DNA of 64,000 nt from an uncultured Acidobacteriota bacterium (GTDB lineage Bacteria; Acidobacteriota; UBA6911). The position numbers and the translations under genes were made by a program. Shown one piece after another: positions 18,007 to 28,747 of this stretch. The notes below the pieces were generated by a model. It did not search any database and was not told the DNA's origin. It worked only from the letters and a program-made list of their open reading frames with translations. The DNA is taken from positions 32,001 through 96,000 of the forward strand of contig CAWEJX010000006.1 of NCBI GenBank assembly GCA_963809485.1. The letters run 5' to 3'. Within the stretch, counting starts at the first letter, position 1, and each line of letters begins with the position of its first letter.

Positions 18007-18882
18007 ATGTCCAATGTCAAATATTTCGCGCTTGCAGGACAGGGAAACCCTGTCCATAAATCTGTGGAACCTGAAGACGCCAGAGTCAACGCCGTTTGGA
18101 TGGACGGCGGTGTGGTGGAAGGCTGCATGTTTAATGAGATGTCCTGGTATGTAAAGAGCTGCAGGGAGCCCGGGCTGATAAAACACAATTCCGACAAAGT
18201 AATGTTTTTTCTCGGAAGCGATTTTGAGGATCCTGAAAACCTGAATGCTACCGTGGAGCTATGGATAGAGAACGATAAACTTACTCTCACAAAGACCTGC
18301 GCCGTTTTCGTCCCCGAAGGCGCCGCCCATGGAAATATTCAGGTTGGAAATCTAAAAAAGCCCTTTTTGAATTACGCCTGCCATCTCAACACCAGCAATT
18401 ATCAAACACTTCCCGCAAAGGCAAAGGCGGCTCCCGGAACTTATGCCGGCTATTATGTTGAAAGATTTGAGCGGCCGGACGGGACATTGCCTTTGGCGCC
18501 GGAAGGCTTTCTCAAGTTTCTGGTGTTCCTGGACGGCAAAAGACTGAAAGGCGCACCCTATGCCGAGGCGGTCTGGTTCCTTACCACAAATGACACGGGT
18601 CCCGCGCCGCATACTCATGACAGTTTTGACGAATTTATAGGGTTCATAGGATCTGACCCCGAACATCCTGACGCATTGAACGCTGAGATAGATTTTTATA
18701 TAGAGAATGAAAAAATAACCGTAACAAAGAGCTGTCTTGTCTATATCCCGAGAGGCCTCACTCACAGCCCGATATACGTCCCAAAGCTTCAACGCCCCAT
18801 AATTCATTTCTCCGGCGGCAACGGCGGAGACTATGCCAGAGGGGGCGGTGAACACCGCGATGATAATTTGTTCAAGATGTAG
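18007..18882 (+). CDS. Hypothetical protein with two tandem cupin-like domains
   Basis: Internal duplication: FLGSDFEDPENLNATVELWIEND...AVFVPEGAAHG versus FIGSDPEHPDALNAEIDFYIENE...LVYIPRGLTHSP; PHTHD..DE in domain 2. Confidence 0.75.
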   Translation: MSNVKYFALAGQGNPVHKSVEPEDARVNAVWMDGGVVEGCMFNEMSWYVKSCREPGLIKHNSDKVMFFLGSDFEDPENLNATVELWIENDKLTLTKTCAVFVPEGAAHGNIQVGNLKKPFLNYACHLNTSNYQTLPAKAKAAPGTYAGYYVERFERPDGTLPLAPEGFLKFLVFLDGKRLKGAPYAEAVWFLTTNDTGPAPHTHDSFDEFIGFIGSDPEHPDALNAEIDFYIENEKITVTKSCLVYIPRGLTHSPIYVPKLQRPIIHFSGGNGGDYARGGGEHRDDNLFKM

Positions 18883-18957
18883 CGGGATGCGGGACGGCGG
18901 GGGCCGGCTGCCGGAAATCAGGCTGAAGAGGTTTGGATCGCCGGCTCCGCAGTTGCC

Positions 18958-20877
18958 CTACGCGGGCTTGAAAAATGTGACGGCCAGGGGTGGAAGCGTC
19001 AGGCCCAGGGAGAAGCTCCGGCCGTGGGAGGGTATCGGCTCCGCGCAAACTCCACCAAGGTTGCCCATTCCGCTGCCTCCATATTCCAGCCCGTCACTGT
19101 TCAGGATTTCCTTCCAGTATCCTTCCTCCGGGATGCCGAGACGGTATTGGAAGCGCGGGACCGGCGTGAAATTAAATACGGCCAGCACAATCTGGCGGGA
19201 ACCGGTTCCCTTGCGCATGAAGCAGATTACGCTGTTGTCCGAATCGTCGCCGTCCACCCATTCGAATCCGGCTGGTTCCGTGTCCAGGTGCATGGCGGCT
19301 TCGTTTCGATAGAGCCGGTTGACGTCCTCAATCCATCTGTGGAGCCCTTGGTGGGGCTCGTATTCCAACAGGTTCCAGTCCAGGCTGGCATTGTGATTCC
19401 ATTCCCGCCACTGCCCGATTTCGGCCCCCATGAACAGCAGCTTTTTGCCCGGCTGTGCGTACATATATCCGATCAGCAGCCGCAGGTTGGCAAACTTCTG
19501 CCAGTTGTCGCCGGGCATTTTGGATAAAAGAGAGCTTTTCCCATGAACCACTTCGTCGTGGGAAAGAGGCAATATGAAGTTTTCGGAAAAGGTATAGAGC
19601 GACCGGAAGGTAAGCTCATTATGGCGGTACTTGCGATAGACAGGATCATGCCGGATATATTTCAGCGTATCGTGCATCCAGCCCATATCCCACTTGAATC
19701 CGAAACCAAGTCCGCCGACATAGGGGGGCCTTGTCGCCATGGGCCATGAAGTCGATTCCTCCGCCATGGTCTGGGTGTCCGGATAGGATTGGTAAGCCTC
19801 CTGGTTGAACCGGCGAATAAAATCGACGGCTTCCAGATTTTCTCTTCCTCCGTATCGGTTGGGAACCCATTCCGCTTCTTTGCGCGAATAGTCCAGGTAC
19901 AGCATGGAAGCCACGGCGTCCACGCGCAAACCGTCGATATGATATTTGTCCAGCCAGAACAGGCCGCTGCTGACCAGGAAGCTTCTGACCTCGTTGCGGC
20001 CATAATTGAAAATGCACGTGTTCCAGTCCGGGTGTAATCCCTGCTGCGGATCGGCATGCTCGTAAAGGCACGTTCCATCGAAAAAAGCGAGTCCATGCTC
20101 GTCGTTGGGGAAATGCGAAGGCACCCAGTCCAGAATTACCCCGATGCCATGCTGATGCAGGCAATCGATGAGATACATGAAATCCTGGGGAGTGCCGTAA
20201 CGGCTGGTAGGCGCGAAAAAACCTGTCACCTGGTATCCCCAGGAGCCATAGAACGGATGCTCCATGACGGGCAGGATTTCCACATGAGTGAAGCCCAACT
20301 GGGCGATGTATTCGGGAAGCGCAGACGCCAGTTCCCGATAGGTCATCGGTCGATGCCCCTGCTCGGGGACACGTTTCCAGGAACCCAGGTGAATCTCATA
20401 AATGGCCATGGGTGCATGCCGCGAATTGCGGGTACGCCTGTCGCGCATCCATTCCTGGTCTTTCCATGCGTAGTCGAGATCCCAGACAACCGAGCCCGTC
20501 TCGGGCGGGACCTGGCAATAGGAGGCAAAAGGGTCGGCCTTATCCACGACGTACCCGTTATATTTGGTCCAGATTCGGAATTTGTACCGGACGCCTTGAT
20601 CAACGCCGGCCAGGTAACCTTCCCAGATTCCGGAATCCTTCCTGGGCCGGAGTGAATGCCGAATGCCGTCCCACTGGTTGAAATCCCCGATAACGGAAAC
20701 CCTCTCTGCGTTGGGTGCCCAGACGGCGAAATAAGTCCCGCGTTTGCCTGACAGGATCGCGGGATGGGCCCCCAGCTTTTCATAGAGACGGAAATGCGAT
20801 CCTTCATTGAATAGATACAGATCGTCGTCCGTGATCAGGCGCATGTCATAGTTCGCCTCGATAATGGTTTCAGCCAT
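18958..20877 (-). CDS. glgB: 1,4-alpha-glucan branching enzyme (GH13)
   Basis: FAVWAPNA, YEIHLGSW, SWGYQVTG, LDWVPSHF, DGLRVDAVASM, AEES, LPLSHDEVVHGK. Confidence 0.96.
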   Translation of the reverse strand: MAETIIEANYDMRLITDDDLYLFNEGSHFRLYEKLGAHPAILSGKRGTYFAVWAPNAERVSVIGDFNQWDGIRHSLRPRKDSGIWEGYLAGVDQGVRYKFRIWTKYNGYVVDKADPFASYCQVPPETGSVVWDLDYAWKDQEWMRDRRTRNSRHAPMAIYEIHLGSWKRVPEQGHRPMTYRELASALPEYIAQLGFTHVEILPVMEHPFYGSWGYQVTGFFAPTSRYGTPQDFMYLIDCLHQHGIGVILDWVPSHFPNDEHGLAFFDGTCLYEHADPQQGLHPDWNTCIFNYGRNEVRSFLVSSGLFWLDKYHIDGLRVDAVASMLYLDYSRKEAEWVPNRYGGRENLEAVDFIRRFNQEAYQSYPDTQTMAEESTSWPMATRPPYVGGLGFGFKWDMGWMHDTLKYIRHDPVYRKYRHNELTFRSLYTFSENFILPLSHDEVVHGKSSLLSKMPGDNWQKFANLRLLIGYMYAQPGKKLLFMGAEIGQWREWNHNASLDWNLLEYEPHQGLHRWIEDVNRLYRNEAAMHLDTEPAGFEWVDGDDSDNSVICFMRKGTGSRQIVLAVFNFTPVPRFQYRLGIPEEGYWKEILNSDGLEYGGSGMGNLGGVCAEPIPSHGRSFSLGLTLPPLAVTFFKPA

Positions 20878-20892
20878 AAAGCCCCCAAACCT

Positions 20893-21071
20893 AATTACGA
20901 ATTACGAATTACGAATGACGAATTTGGACATACCATCCGTTTATCGGATAAACCATTCCTGTAGTTCTGCTTTCTTTCATGGCCAGAGTAAGAAAACGGT
21001 CACAGCTCGTGCAGCCATTGCAGCCGTGGACTGCAATTCGTGAAACGGGCCAACCTATGTGATTCGTAATT
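20893..21071. repeat. Heptamer array (AATTACG)n with an inverted partial array about 130 nt away
   Basis: AATTACG x3 plus AATGACG at 20893-20925; ATTCGTAATT at 21062-21071. Confidence 0.7.
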
Positions 21072-21308
21072 ACATTGGTAAACGCCCGGCTCTACCGGGG
21101 GACTCATAGAGTTTGACAGCTCCGTATTTTGAAACGCTGAGATACGCTGACAAAAGCGCTGACAAACGCCGATTTGTTCGGCGGGGATCGGAAGCGCCTC
21201 ATCGGCTTTTGCCCGCGTAAGTCAGTGTTCAAGACCAGCGCAACTCCTCCAATCGCTTGGAGCGGTTCCAATCTTTCAAGCCTCCGGCTTTGCCGGAGGC
21301 GCCTGACT
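21069..21308 (+). mobile_element. Same IS200/IS605-like non-autonomous element, copy 3
   Basis: Near-identical to 16948-17187 along its length. Confidence 0.78.
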
Positions 21309-21323
21309 CGTCACTCGGAATTT

Positions 21324-22181
21324 TCAGGCTGCTCCGTGTTTTCGGAACCATGCAAGCAGCCTTTTCCAGGCGTCCTCTGCGTCTTCCTTGCGGTAGCTCG
21401 GACGCACATCGGCAAAAAATCCGTGTCCTGCCTCCGGGTAAACGATAATTTCAGAGGGATTCCCGGCCTTTTTTAGCGCGTCCCGCATGCGGTCGACGGT
21501 GTCAAGCGGGATACCCTGGTCTTTGCCGCCGTATAAGCCCAGAACCGGAGCTTTGAGCGATGGAGCGATATCGATCGGGTGCTTCGGCTGCAATGCTGTC
21601 GGATCGCCAACCAGTCGTCCATACCACGCCACACCGGCTTTTACTTTTGGGTTATGGGCGGGATAAAGCCAGGTGACGCGGCCACCCCAGCAGAACCCGG
21701 TTACTCCCATCTTGCCGGTATTCCCTTGATTTTTGGCAGCCCACTGGACAGCGGCATCCAGGTCGGATAGAACCTGCGCGTCCGGGGACTGGGAAACAAT
21801 TTTGAAAACTTCGTCCATCTTCTCAATTTTGGATACATCTCCCTGCCGGAAGAAAAAATCCGGAGCGATGGACAGATAGCCTTCCTTGGCAAAACGACGG
21901 CAGATGTCCTTAATGTGCTCCTGCAATCCGAATACCTCACAGACAACCAAAGCAATCGGAAAGGGCCCGCCGGAAGCCGGCCTCGAGCGGTAGGATGGAA
22001 TTTCCCCGTCCGGGACAGGGATTTTTACGTCTCCGGAAATTAGTCCGCCTGCATCCGTTGTGATTTTCTGGGCGGAGACAGGCGTTGCGGCCAACGCGAA
22101 TCCGGCCGACACAGTGGCGGCAACAAATTCCCTACGAGTCAGTTCGGTCTCAGACGTATGCTTCACTGGGTCTTCATGCAT
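21324..22181 (-). CDS. Dienelactone hydrolase family protein with Tat-like signal
   Basis: TRREFV twin-arginine motif, EVFGL, GFCWGG nucleophile motif, AGHGF. Confidence 0.9.
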   Translation of the reverse strand: MHEDPVKHTSETELTRREFVAATVSAGFALAATPVSAQKITTDAGGLISGDVKIPVPDGEIPSYRSRPASGGPFPIALVVCEVFGLQEHIKDICRRFAKEGYLSIAPDFFFRQGDVSKIEKMDEVFKIVSQSPDAQVLSDLDAAVQWAAKNQGNTGKMGVTGFCWGGRVTWLYPAHNPKVKAGVAWYGRLVGDPTALQPKHPIDIAPSLKAPVLGLYGGKDQGIPLDTVDRMRDALKKAGNPSEIIVYPEAGHGFFADVRPSYRKEDAEDAWKRLLAWFRKHGAA

Positions 22182-22398
22182 GCCTTTTCCCTCCTTCAAT
22201 CCGTAGCGCTGCCTCAATGTTACCGGAAACCGGGTGGTATTCTGCAACTAATTAATCGCCACTCACCCTTCCTGGCCCCGGGTTGCGGATCCTACAGGAG
22301 GATCGGCTCAAGAGCCGGGTCCCGCGATTTCTTCAAACCCGATGGCGGAAAATGGTAACCTTGCATTCAGAGCCCGATTGCGACGGCGGAGGATGTCT

Positions 22399-23157
22399 AT
22401 GGAATTCACAAACGAAGAATTGCTGCGGTACAGCCGGCAGATAATGATTCCCGAAATCGGGGAAGAGGGACAGCGGAAGCTCAAGGCGGCCAAAGTATTT
22501 GTGGCCGGCGTGGGCGGATTGGGCTCCATATCGTCCTATTATCTGGCGGCAGCCGGGATCGGCTATTTGAAGATCGTGGACAGGGACAAGGTCGATTACA
22601 GCAATCTGAACCGGCAGATCATTCACTGGACCGATGACATCGGCAAGTACAAAACCGAATCGGGCCGGCGAAAACTCCAATCCCTGAACCCTCACTGCAC
22701 GATCGAGGCCATTCAAACGGAAATCACGGAGAACAATTGCCAGGAACTCATCGGCGACTGCAGCCTGATTGTGGACGCGATGGATAACATGAAGGGAAGG
22801 AGGGTATTGAACTCCGCTTCGGTCAAGAAAGGGATCCCGTATCTTTACGGGGGCGTTCATCAGCTGGACGGGATGTCAACCACCTTTATTCCGGGTCAGA
22901 CTCCTTGTCTGGAATGTGTGTTTCCCGGCGGGCACGAGGAATCCCCGCAAGCCCCTCCGGGAATCCTGGGCCCTGCGCCGGGGATTGTCTCATGCATTCA
23001 ATCCATCGAAACCATTAAAATCATACTGGGCATTAAGGGTCTGCTAACCGGCAGGCTGCTCTTTTTCTCCGGATTCGACATGACCTTCAGAGAATACAAA
23101 ATAACCAGCAATCCCCGGTGCCCGGTCTGCGGAGCACAGGCGCAGCAGGCATCATAG
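22399..23157 (+). CDS. HesA/MoeB/ThiF family adenylyltransferase
   Basis: RYSRQIM, GVGGLGS, SNLNRQ, PCLEC, CPVC; GGAGG RBS. Confidence 0.9.
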   Translation: MEFTNEELLRYSRQIMIPEIGEEGQRKLKAAKVFVAGVGGLGSISSYYLAAAGIGYLKIVDRDKVDYSNLNRQIIHWTDDIGKYKTESGRRKLQSLNPHCTIEAIQTEITENNCQELIGDCSLIVDAMDNMKGRRVLNSASVKKGIPYLYGGVHQLDGMSTTFIPGQTPCLECVFPGGHEESPQAPPGILGPAPGIVSCIQSIETIKIILGIKGLLTGRLLFFSGFDMTFREYKITSNPRCPVCGAQAQQAS

Positions 23158-23267
23158 ACTCGGATTATTAAAAGAGCCATTTGTGACGGCCATCACCTCA
23201 CCAAACTGTCCGAGAACGATACTACATTAATAGGGCAGGGAATCGCGGATATACGGAGGACGTTTCT

Positions 23268-23741
23268 GTGAGAAAATATGGGTGGCTGGTGTTGACCGCT
23301 GCAGCTCTTTTTTTTTGTGGCGGAAGCAGTGTCATTTCCAAAGACAATCAGGCGGCCAAAGGACAGGGGAAGGATAAATCCCAATGGGAAGAACCGACCC
23401 TGGGTGACCAGGTGCGCAAGACGCTCCCGCCCTCGGAAGGGATTTTCACCGAGCACGAGCGGGTGCTGATAAATGGATGGTATCAAAACGGGGCTAAGGG
23501 CCTGCCGCCGGGGCTGGCTAAGAAGGAGCAATTGCCGCCCGGGCTTCAGAAACAGCTCAGGAAAAATGGCACCCTTCCGCCGGGACTGCAAAAGAAGGTT
23601 CAGCCTTTGCCCATCGACATAGAGCGCCGGCTCCACGTGCTCCCCACCGGCTATCGCCGCGTTCTGTTAGGCGACAATGTCCTGATCCTCAATGCCAAAA
23701 ACGCCCTCATTTATGACGTCATGCGTATGGCGATCCCGTGA
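23268..23741 (+). CDS. Exported RcnB-like protein with PPGL repeats
   Basis: Signal peptide; LPPGLAKK/LPPGLQKQ/LPPGLQKK repeats. Confidence 0.7.
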   Translation: MRKYGWLVLTAAALFFCGGSSVISKDNQAAKGQGKDKSQWEEPTLGDQVRKTLPPSEGIFTEHERVLINGWYQNGAKGLPPGLAKKEQLPPGLQKQLRKNGTLPPGLQKKVQPLPIDIERRLHVLPTGYRRVLLGDNVLILNAKNALIYDVMRMAIP

Positions 23742-23808
23742 GCCGGCAATCCCGGAAACCCGGGGCCTGTCAGTGCGCGCCCCCGGGTCTCCTGGAAACG
23801 AAGATCGC

Positions 23809-24979
23809 TCATGAGCATTTCCGGAACGCGCGCGCGAAGCTCGGGAGCGAACGCACTATGGTTTCCCGAGGAACGGTCAGTGAGAGGCGGATGTAAGGGC
23901 CGCGTCCAAAGCCTGTGCCGGGCACAGCGAGTACACCCTCTTCCTGAAGTATCCGCAGGAACGCCACATCATCCGGGATAGGTGTCTTCGGAAAGACATA
24001 GAAAGCCCCCTGGGGTTTGCAGACTTCGTATCCGATCTCGGCCAGCCCGTTGCACATCAGGTCCCGCTTCTCCTGGTAGGCAGCCACATCCGGAAGCTCT
24101 TCCGGCGCCTCGGCCGTGACCATCTGCCAGACCGCAGGAGCATTGATATACCCGAGGATACGGTTTGTAAAAGTGCAGGCGTTGGCCAGATCTTCCGCTC
24201 CGGGCAGCCTGGGCGAGATGGCCAGGTAACCGATGCGCTCACCGGCCAATGCCCAGGTTTTGGACCATGAAGTGGCGATGATGCAATTGCTGATGATCGA
24301 TGCGGTTTCCGGACACTTCACGCCATCGTAAACGATGGCTTTATAGGGCTCGTCGCTGATCACCGCGATGGTGTGATCCGCCTTCTGCAGCACGGCCTCG
24401 AGGTCCCTTAGCGATGCTTCAGAATATATGACGCCGGTAGGGTTGTTCGGCGAGTTGATGATGATTGCCCGTGTGCGTGAGGTGATTTTCGACTCGATGG
24501 CCGGCACATCCAGCGAAAAATCTTTGCTGGTTTCCACCGGCACGGTGCGTCCGCCGTGATTGAGGATGTAAAAATTGTAGTCGGGGAAGTACGGATTGCA
24601 AACGATGACCTCGTCTCCCGGGTCGAGAATGGCCTTCAACGCTGTATTCATGGCGCCCGCACAACCGACCGTCATGAGAACCAGGTCTTCGTTGAAGGGT
24701 ACTCCTGTATCCCGCCGCAGGCGCTGGGCAACAGCCCGGCGCACGGCAGGGAATCCGGCGTTGGGCATATAGCCGTGATGCCGTGGGACGGTTTTCACCT
24801 GCCAGCCGGCGAAAAGTTTTCAGCACGCCTGAGGGCGGGTCTTCACTCGGATTCCCGAGCGTAAAATCGAATATGTTTTCTGCTCCCCGTTCTGCCTTCA
24901 ATCGAATGCCTTCCTCAAACATCCTGCGGATCCATGAGGAGTTTTCCAGCTGCTTTTTAATCACATCCGCGACAATCAT
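23809..24979 (-). CDS. PLP-dependent class I/II (aspartate-type) aminotransferase, one frameshift near 24785
   Basis: N-terminus SSWIRRMFEEG...FDFTLGNP in one frame; HGYMPNAG...NSPNNPTG...DEPY...SWSK...GERIG in another. Confidence 0.85.
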
Positions 24980-25117
24980 TATTGGCTCCCATAGCAATGC
25001 CTGTATTCATCCGGCTTGCCGGACGCCTGCGGGGTCCGGCAGACAATGAGCCCAAATTCTAACTTCCGTTGCGGCAGCATGCAAGTCAGTTGCTGACTTT
25101 CCGGCTGCCTGTCTGTT

Positions 25118-26395
25118 TCAGGGGACGTATTCCGGGAAAAAGGAGCGGATGACCATGAACAGCGTCAACGTGATGATCACAATGCATGTAGTCCAGGCGA
25201 TGATATTGAATGTCCGGCTGTTGCGGTGCGAGCCCATGAGATCTTCACGGTTGCACAGCTTTAGCATAAATATCAAAACGAAGGGCAGCAGGATTCCGTT
25301 GGCGACCTGGGTGAACAGAATAATGGGAATCTGTTTGCTCTCGCTGAGAACCAGCACGGCGAGGCCGCCCAGAATGATCAGTCCCGTATAGAGGGAATAA
25401 AACACGGGAGCTTCGTGAGGCCGTTTATCAATGCCGGATTCAAAGCCCAGCCCTTCGCAGACGGTGTAGGCTGTCGCCAGCGGCAGAATGCTGGCTGCGA
25501 ACAGTGAGGCATTGCACAGCCCCAGTGCAAAGAGGGCGCTGGCGGCCCTCCCGGCGAGAGGCTCCAGCGCGAGGGCTGCGTCCGCCGCGCCATTAATCTG
25601 GCGATGACCCCCCATAAAGATCGTGGCCGCGCAAGCCACGATAATGAAGTAGGCGACCACGCTGACGAGGATGCAGCCGATGATGACGTCCAGCCTCGAC
25701 TGCCTGTAATTTTCAACCTTGATGCCCTTCTCGACGACTGCGGCCTGCAGGTAAAACTGCATCCAGGGGGCGATGGTGGTTCCTACCAGGCCCAGTATCA
25801 TATAGAGCTCGCCGGTACTTAGGTTCATCGTGGGAACGATCGTTCCCAATAGCGCCGACTCCCAATCCGGATGCGCCAGGAAACCCGATACCAGGTAGGC
25901 AAAATAAAACACGCAGGCAGTGAGAAATACCCTTTCTACGGTTTTGTGGCTTCCCCGGATCACCAGAAGCCAAACCATGACTGCTCCCAGGGGAACGGAA
26001 ATGAACCTGCTGACATGAAAAATGGACATTCCCGACGCCAGACCGGCAAACTCGGAAACGGTATTGCCCCAGTTGGTCAGCAGAAGCAGCACCATGAGGA
26101 TAAAGGTCATGCGGAACCCGTACTCCTCCCGAATAAGGTCTGCCAGCCCCTTGCCGGTGACGACGCCCATTCGTGCCACCATTTCCTGCACAATGATCAG
26201 AGCCGCCGTTATGGGGATCAGGGTCCATAGAAGCGCATAGCCATAGCGGGCGCCGGCCACCGAATAGGTGTAGATGCCTCCGGCATCATTGTCTACGTTG
26301 GAGGTGATGATGCCCGGGCCGACCACGCTCAAGAAAATTAGCAGACTGGTCCGCCAGCGCCGGAGCTTTGCGATATGCCATGGCAGGGTGAACAT
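25118..26395 (-). CDS. NRAMP-family divalent metal transporter (Mg2+ type)
   Basis: GPGIITSNVDNDAGGI, QEMVARMG, GTTIAPWMQFY. Confidence 0.88.
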   Translation of the reverse strand: MFTLPWHIAKLRRWRTSLLIFLSVVGPGIITSNVDNDAGGIYTYSVAGARYGYALLWTLIPITAALIIVQEMVARMGVVTGKGLADLIREEYGFRMTFILMVLLLLTNWGNTVSEFAGLASGMSIFHVSRFISVPLGAVMVWLLVIRGSHKTVERVFLTACVFYFAYLVSGFLAHPDWESALLGTIVPTMNLSTGELYMILGLVGTTIAPWMQFYLQAAVVEKGIKVENYRQSRLDVIIGCILVSVVAYFIIVACAATIFMGGHRQINGAADAALALEPLAGRAASALFALGLCNASLFAASILPLATAYTVCEGLGFESGIDKRPHEAPVFYSLYTGLIILGGLAVLVLSESKQIPIILFTQVANGILLPFVLIFMLKLCNREDLMGSHRNSRTFNIIAWTTCIVIITLTLFMVIRSFFPEYVP

Positions 26396-26401
26396 GACCG
26401 G

Positions 26402-27643
26402 TCACCTTTCTTTAACAACCAGTTCCAGAACGTCGTCGGCTGTTACCACACCCAGAAGCCGGCCGTTATCGTCTACCACCGGCAGAGTAAGCAGGTTGTA
26501 TTTGTGAAAGGTGCTGATGACGGTTTTTTTATCCGCATGGAATGGAACTGATATCGGCGGATCCGCGACCAGATCGCCAAGCCGGGAATCCCTATCCGCA
26601 ATGAGCAGGCGCGCCAGGGGTATGGTCCGTGTCAGGTCCAGGCTTTCCGATATCAAATAGACGGAATGGACGGTCTCGACCGGACCGCTGAAATTCTTGA
26701 GGGCTTCAACGGCGGCCTCCACGGTCGCCGTCTCTGCCAGCACTATGAATTCCGTTGTCATGAAGCCGCCGGCCGTGTTTTCCTCGAACCCGAGCAGTTC
26801 ACGCACTTCTTCGGCCTCCTCGGCCTCCATATTCGCAAGGACCTCCGCCGAGGTTTCCGGCGGCAGTTCCTGCAGCACATCGGCTGCCTCATCCGGAGCC
26901 ATCTCTTCGACAATGTCGGCAGCCTTCCCGGCAGAGAGGCTGTTCAAGAGCGCCACCTGCATGCGTGTCGGAATTTCCGAAACGGCTTCGGCGGCCGTTT
27001 CGTCGTCCAGCGACTCGATGACGGACCTTTGGTCGTCCCGGCTCAATTCTTCGAGAATATCGGCCAGGTCCGCCGGATGAAGCTGGGCCAGCCGGTTGTA
27101 GGAAATCCTTAACTTGACGCGCCTTGCCGGGTCCGGTTCGATCAGGTTGACGAATTTCCAGGGGATGGTCTGCGTGGGCAAAACGGATACGATGGTGCGG
27201 ATCCGGTGTTTTGCGAATAGGCCCTGGAGCAGGCGGCGGACGGCGGCGGCCGCCCCGACGTTCACCGCAACGATGCGCAGTTCCGTCTGTTTGTGATCGG
27301 GCTGAATATCAAAATCCACGTCGATGACACGGACCACCTTCCGGTCATTGACGTCGATAATCTGCTGATCCAGGACATCCTTCTTGATGCAGATCAATCC
27401 CTCGTCGGGAGTGGAGCTGCCGATTTCGTTCGCGGGAACACTGGTCTGCACGGCACGCACCGAAATAGTGGAAATCCATCCATGCTCGATGCACAGAAGC
27501 TTCTTTTGAGGCGTCAGGACATAGAAATAAGCTACCAGAAAGGAATTCTGGCTCGGGTTGATCGCCAGTTCCACAAGACGTCCGAGATATTCACCCTTGG
27601 CGTCATAGGCCGGCAGATTTACGAGTTCGGTGAAATAGATCAT
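26402..27643 (-). CDS. MgtE N-terminal/CBS domain protein with PRC-like N-terminus, no transmembrane part
   Basis: LHPADLADILE, EMAPDEAADVL, TAGGFMTTE, LPVVD...GVVTADD. Confidence 0.85.
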   Translation of the reverse strand: MIYFTELVNLPAYDAKGEYLGRLVELAINPSQNSFLVAYFYVLTPQKKLLCIEHGWISTISVRAVQTSVPANEIGSSTPDEGLICIKKDVLDQQIIDVNDRKVVRVIDVDFDIQPDHKQTELRIVAVNVGAAAAVRRLLQGLFAKHRIRTIVSVLPTQTIPWKFVNLIEPDPARRVKLRISYNRLAQLHPADLADILEELSRDDQRSVIESLDDETAAEAVSEIPTRMQVALLNSLSAGKAADIVEEMAPDEAADVLQELPPETSAEVLANMEAEEAEEVRELLGFEENTAGGFMTTEFIVLAETATVEAAVEALKNFSGPVETVHSVYLISESLDLTRTIPLARLLIADRDSRLGDLVADPPISVPFHADKKTVISTFHKYNLLTLPVVDDNGRLLGVVTADDVLELVVKER

Positions 27644-27832
27644 GGTAGCCTCACTGACTGAGGTAGGATTCAGGAATCATAGTATACCAACACGCTGGAG
27701 AATGGGGGTGGGAAACGCCGCCGGACAACCCCGATGTCTCAGGTCGCAAGTCTCCTGCTGCCATAAACCTGTCACAGGTTTCGGGTGCTTTGGCGCTGTT
27801 TTTCAACCCCGGCTTGGTCTAGAATTTCGGGG

Positions 27833-28747
27833 ATGCATATCCCAGATGGATTTTTGTCCAACCCGATGGCAATTTCCCTGAACGTGGTTTCTGCGGCAAA
27901 CGTGCTCTATGCGGCGCGGCGAACCAAGATTGATCTCTCGGGGCGCATGGTGCCTATGATGGGGATGCTCGCGGCATTCGTTTTCGCCGCCCAGATGCTC
28001 AATTTCCCGGTTCTGGGCGGCACCTCGGGCCACCTGATAGGCGGCAGCCTCCTGTCCATCCTGCTCGGGCCATTGGCCGGATCTCTGGCCATGACAACGG
28101 TGATGGTTGCCCAGGCGCTCTTCCTTCAGGATGGGGGTCTGGTCGCCCTTGGGGCGAATATCTTCAACATCAGCATCATCACTTGCATGAGCGGTTATGC
28201 GATATTCCGGCTCCTCGGGGGGAATGCGGGCGGCGGCAAACGCCTGTTCTTGGCCGGATTTCTTGCCGGATGGTTCTCTACGGTTATTTCGGCTGCGTTT
28301 TGTGCGCTGGAACTGGGCTTGTCGGGAGCCATAACCTTGCGCATCGGTTTGATGACGATGGTCGGATATCATGCCGCCGTGGGGATTCTGGAGGGAATGC
28401 TGACGGCGGGGGTATTAAATTTCCTGCGCAAAGTCAGGCCGGATCTCCTGGCGCTGGAAGGCGTGGGAAAATTCAGGATTCCGGATTGGATCGGGGCTGT
28501 TCTTTTTGTGGCAATCCCCGCCGCCATCCTGGTCATGGCCGGAAGTTCGACTCTTCCGGACCCTCTCGAGACACTGCTGGAAACAAGCCCGCTCCCGCCC
28601 GAACTCGGATCCGGCAATATTCCGGAAAGGCTTGCATCCACCCTGCGCCTTGAGGAGTACCTGTTCCGGGCTGCAATATTCATTGGATTGATTGGCCTCG
28701 GATTCCTCGCGGTTCGCCTGACGCGGCGAAGGAGAAGCCGATCATGA
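27833..28747 (+). CDS. cbiM: ECF Co/Ni transporter substrate component CbiM/NikM with PDGLE-like extension
   Basis: MHIPDGFL N-terminus, GTSGHLIGG, DGGLVALGAN, LPDPLE. Confidence 0.88.
   Translation: MHIPDGFLSNPMAISLNVVSAANVLYAARRTKIDLSGRMVPMMGMLAAFVFAAQMLNFPVLGGTSGHLIGGSLLSILLGPLAGSLAMTTVMVAQALFLQDGGLVALGANIFNISIITCMSGYAIFRLLGGNAGGGKRLFLAGFLAGWFSTVISAAFCALELGLSGAITLRIGLMTMVGYHAAVGILEGMLTAGVLNFLRKVRPDLLALEGVGKFRIPDWIGAVLFVAIPAAILVMAGSSTLPDPLETLLETSPLPPELGSGNIPERLASTLRLEEYLFRAAIFIGLIGLGFLAVRLTRRRRSRS

Noticed and set aside
16948-21308. CRISPR array, or short ORFs (MFGGDRKRL...) in the repeated elements
   Set aside because: The repeats are dispersed, 110-400 nt long, with no regular spacers or cas genes. 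The ORFs differ in frame and length between copies.
25118-27643. MgtE-N/CBS protein paired with an NRAMP transporter as a novel system
   Set aside because: This pairing is a known, widespread arrangement for NRAMP-related Mg2+ transporters.
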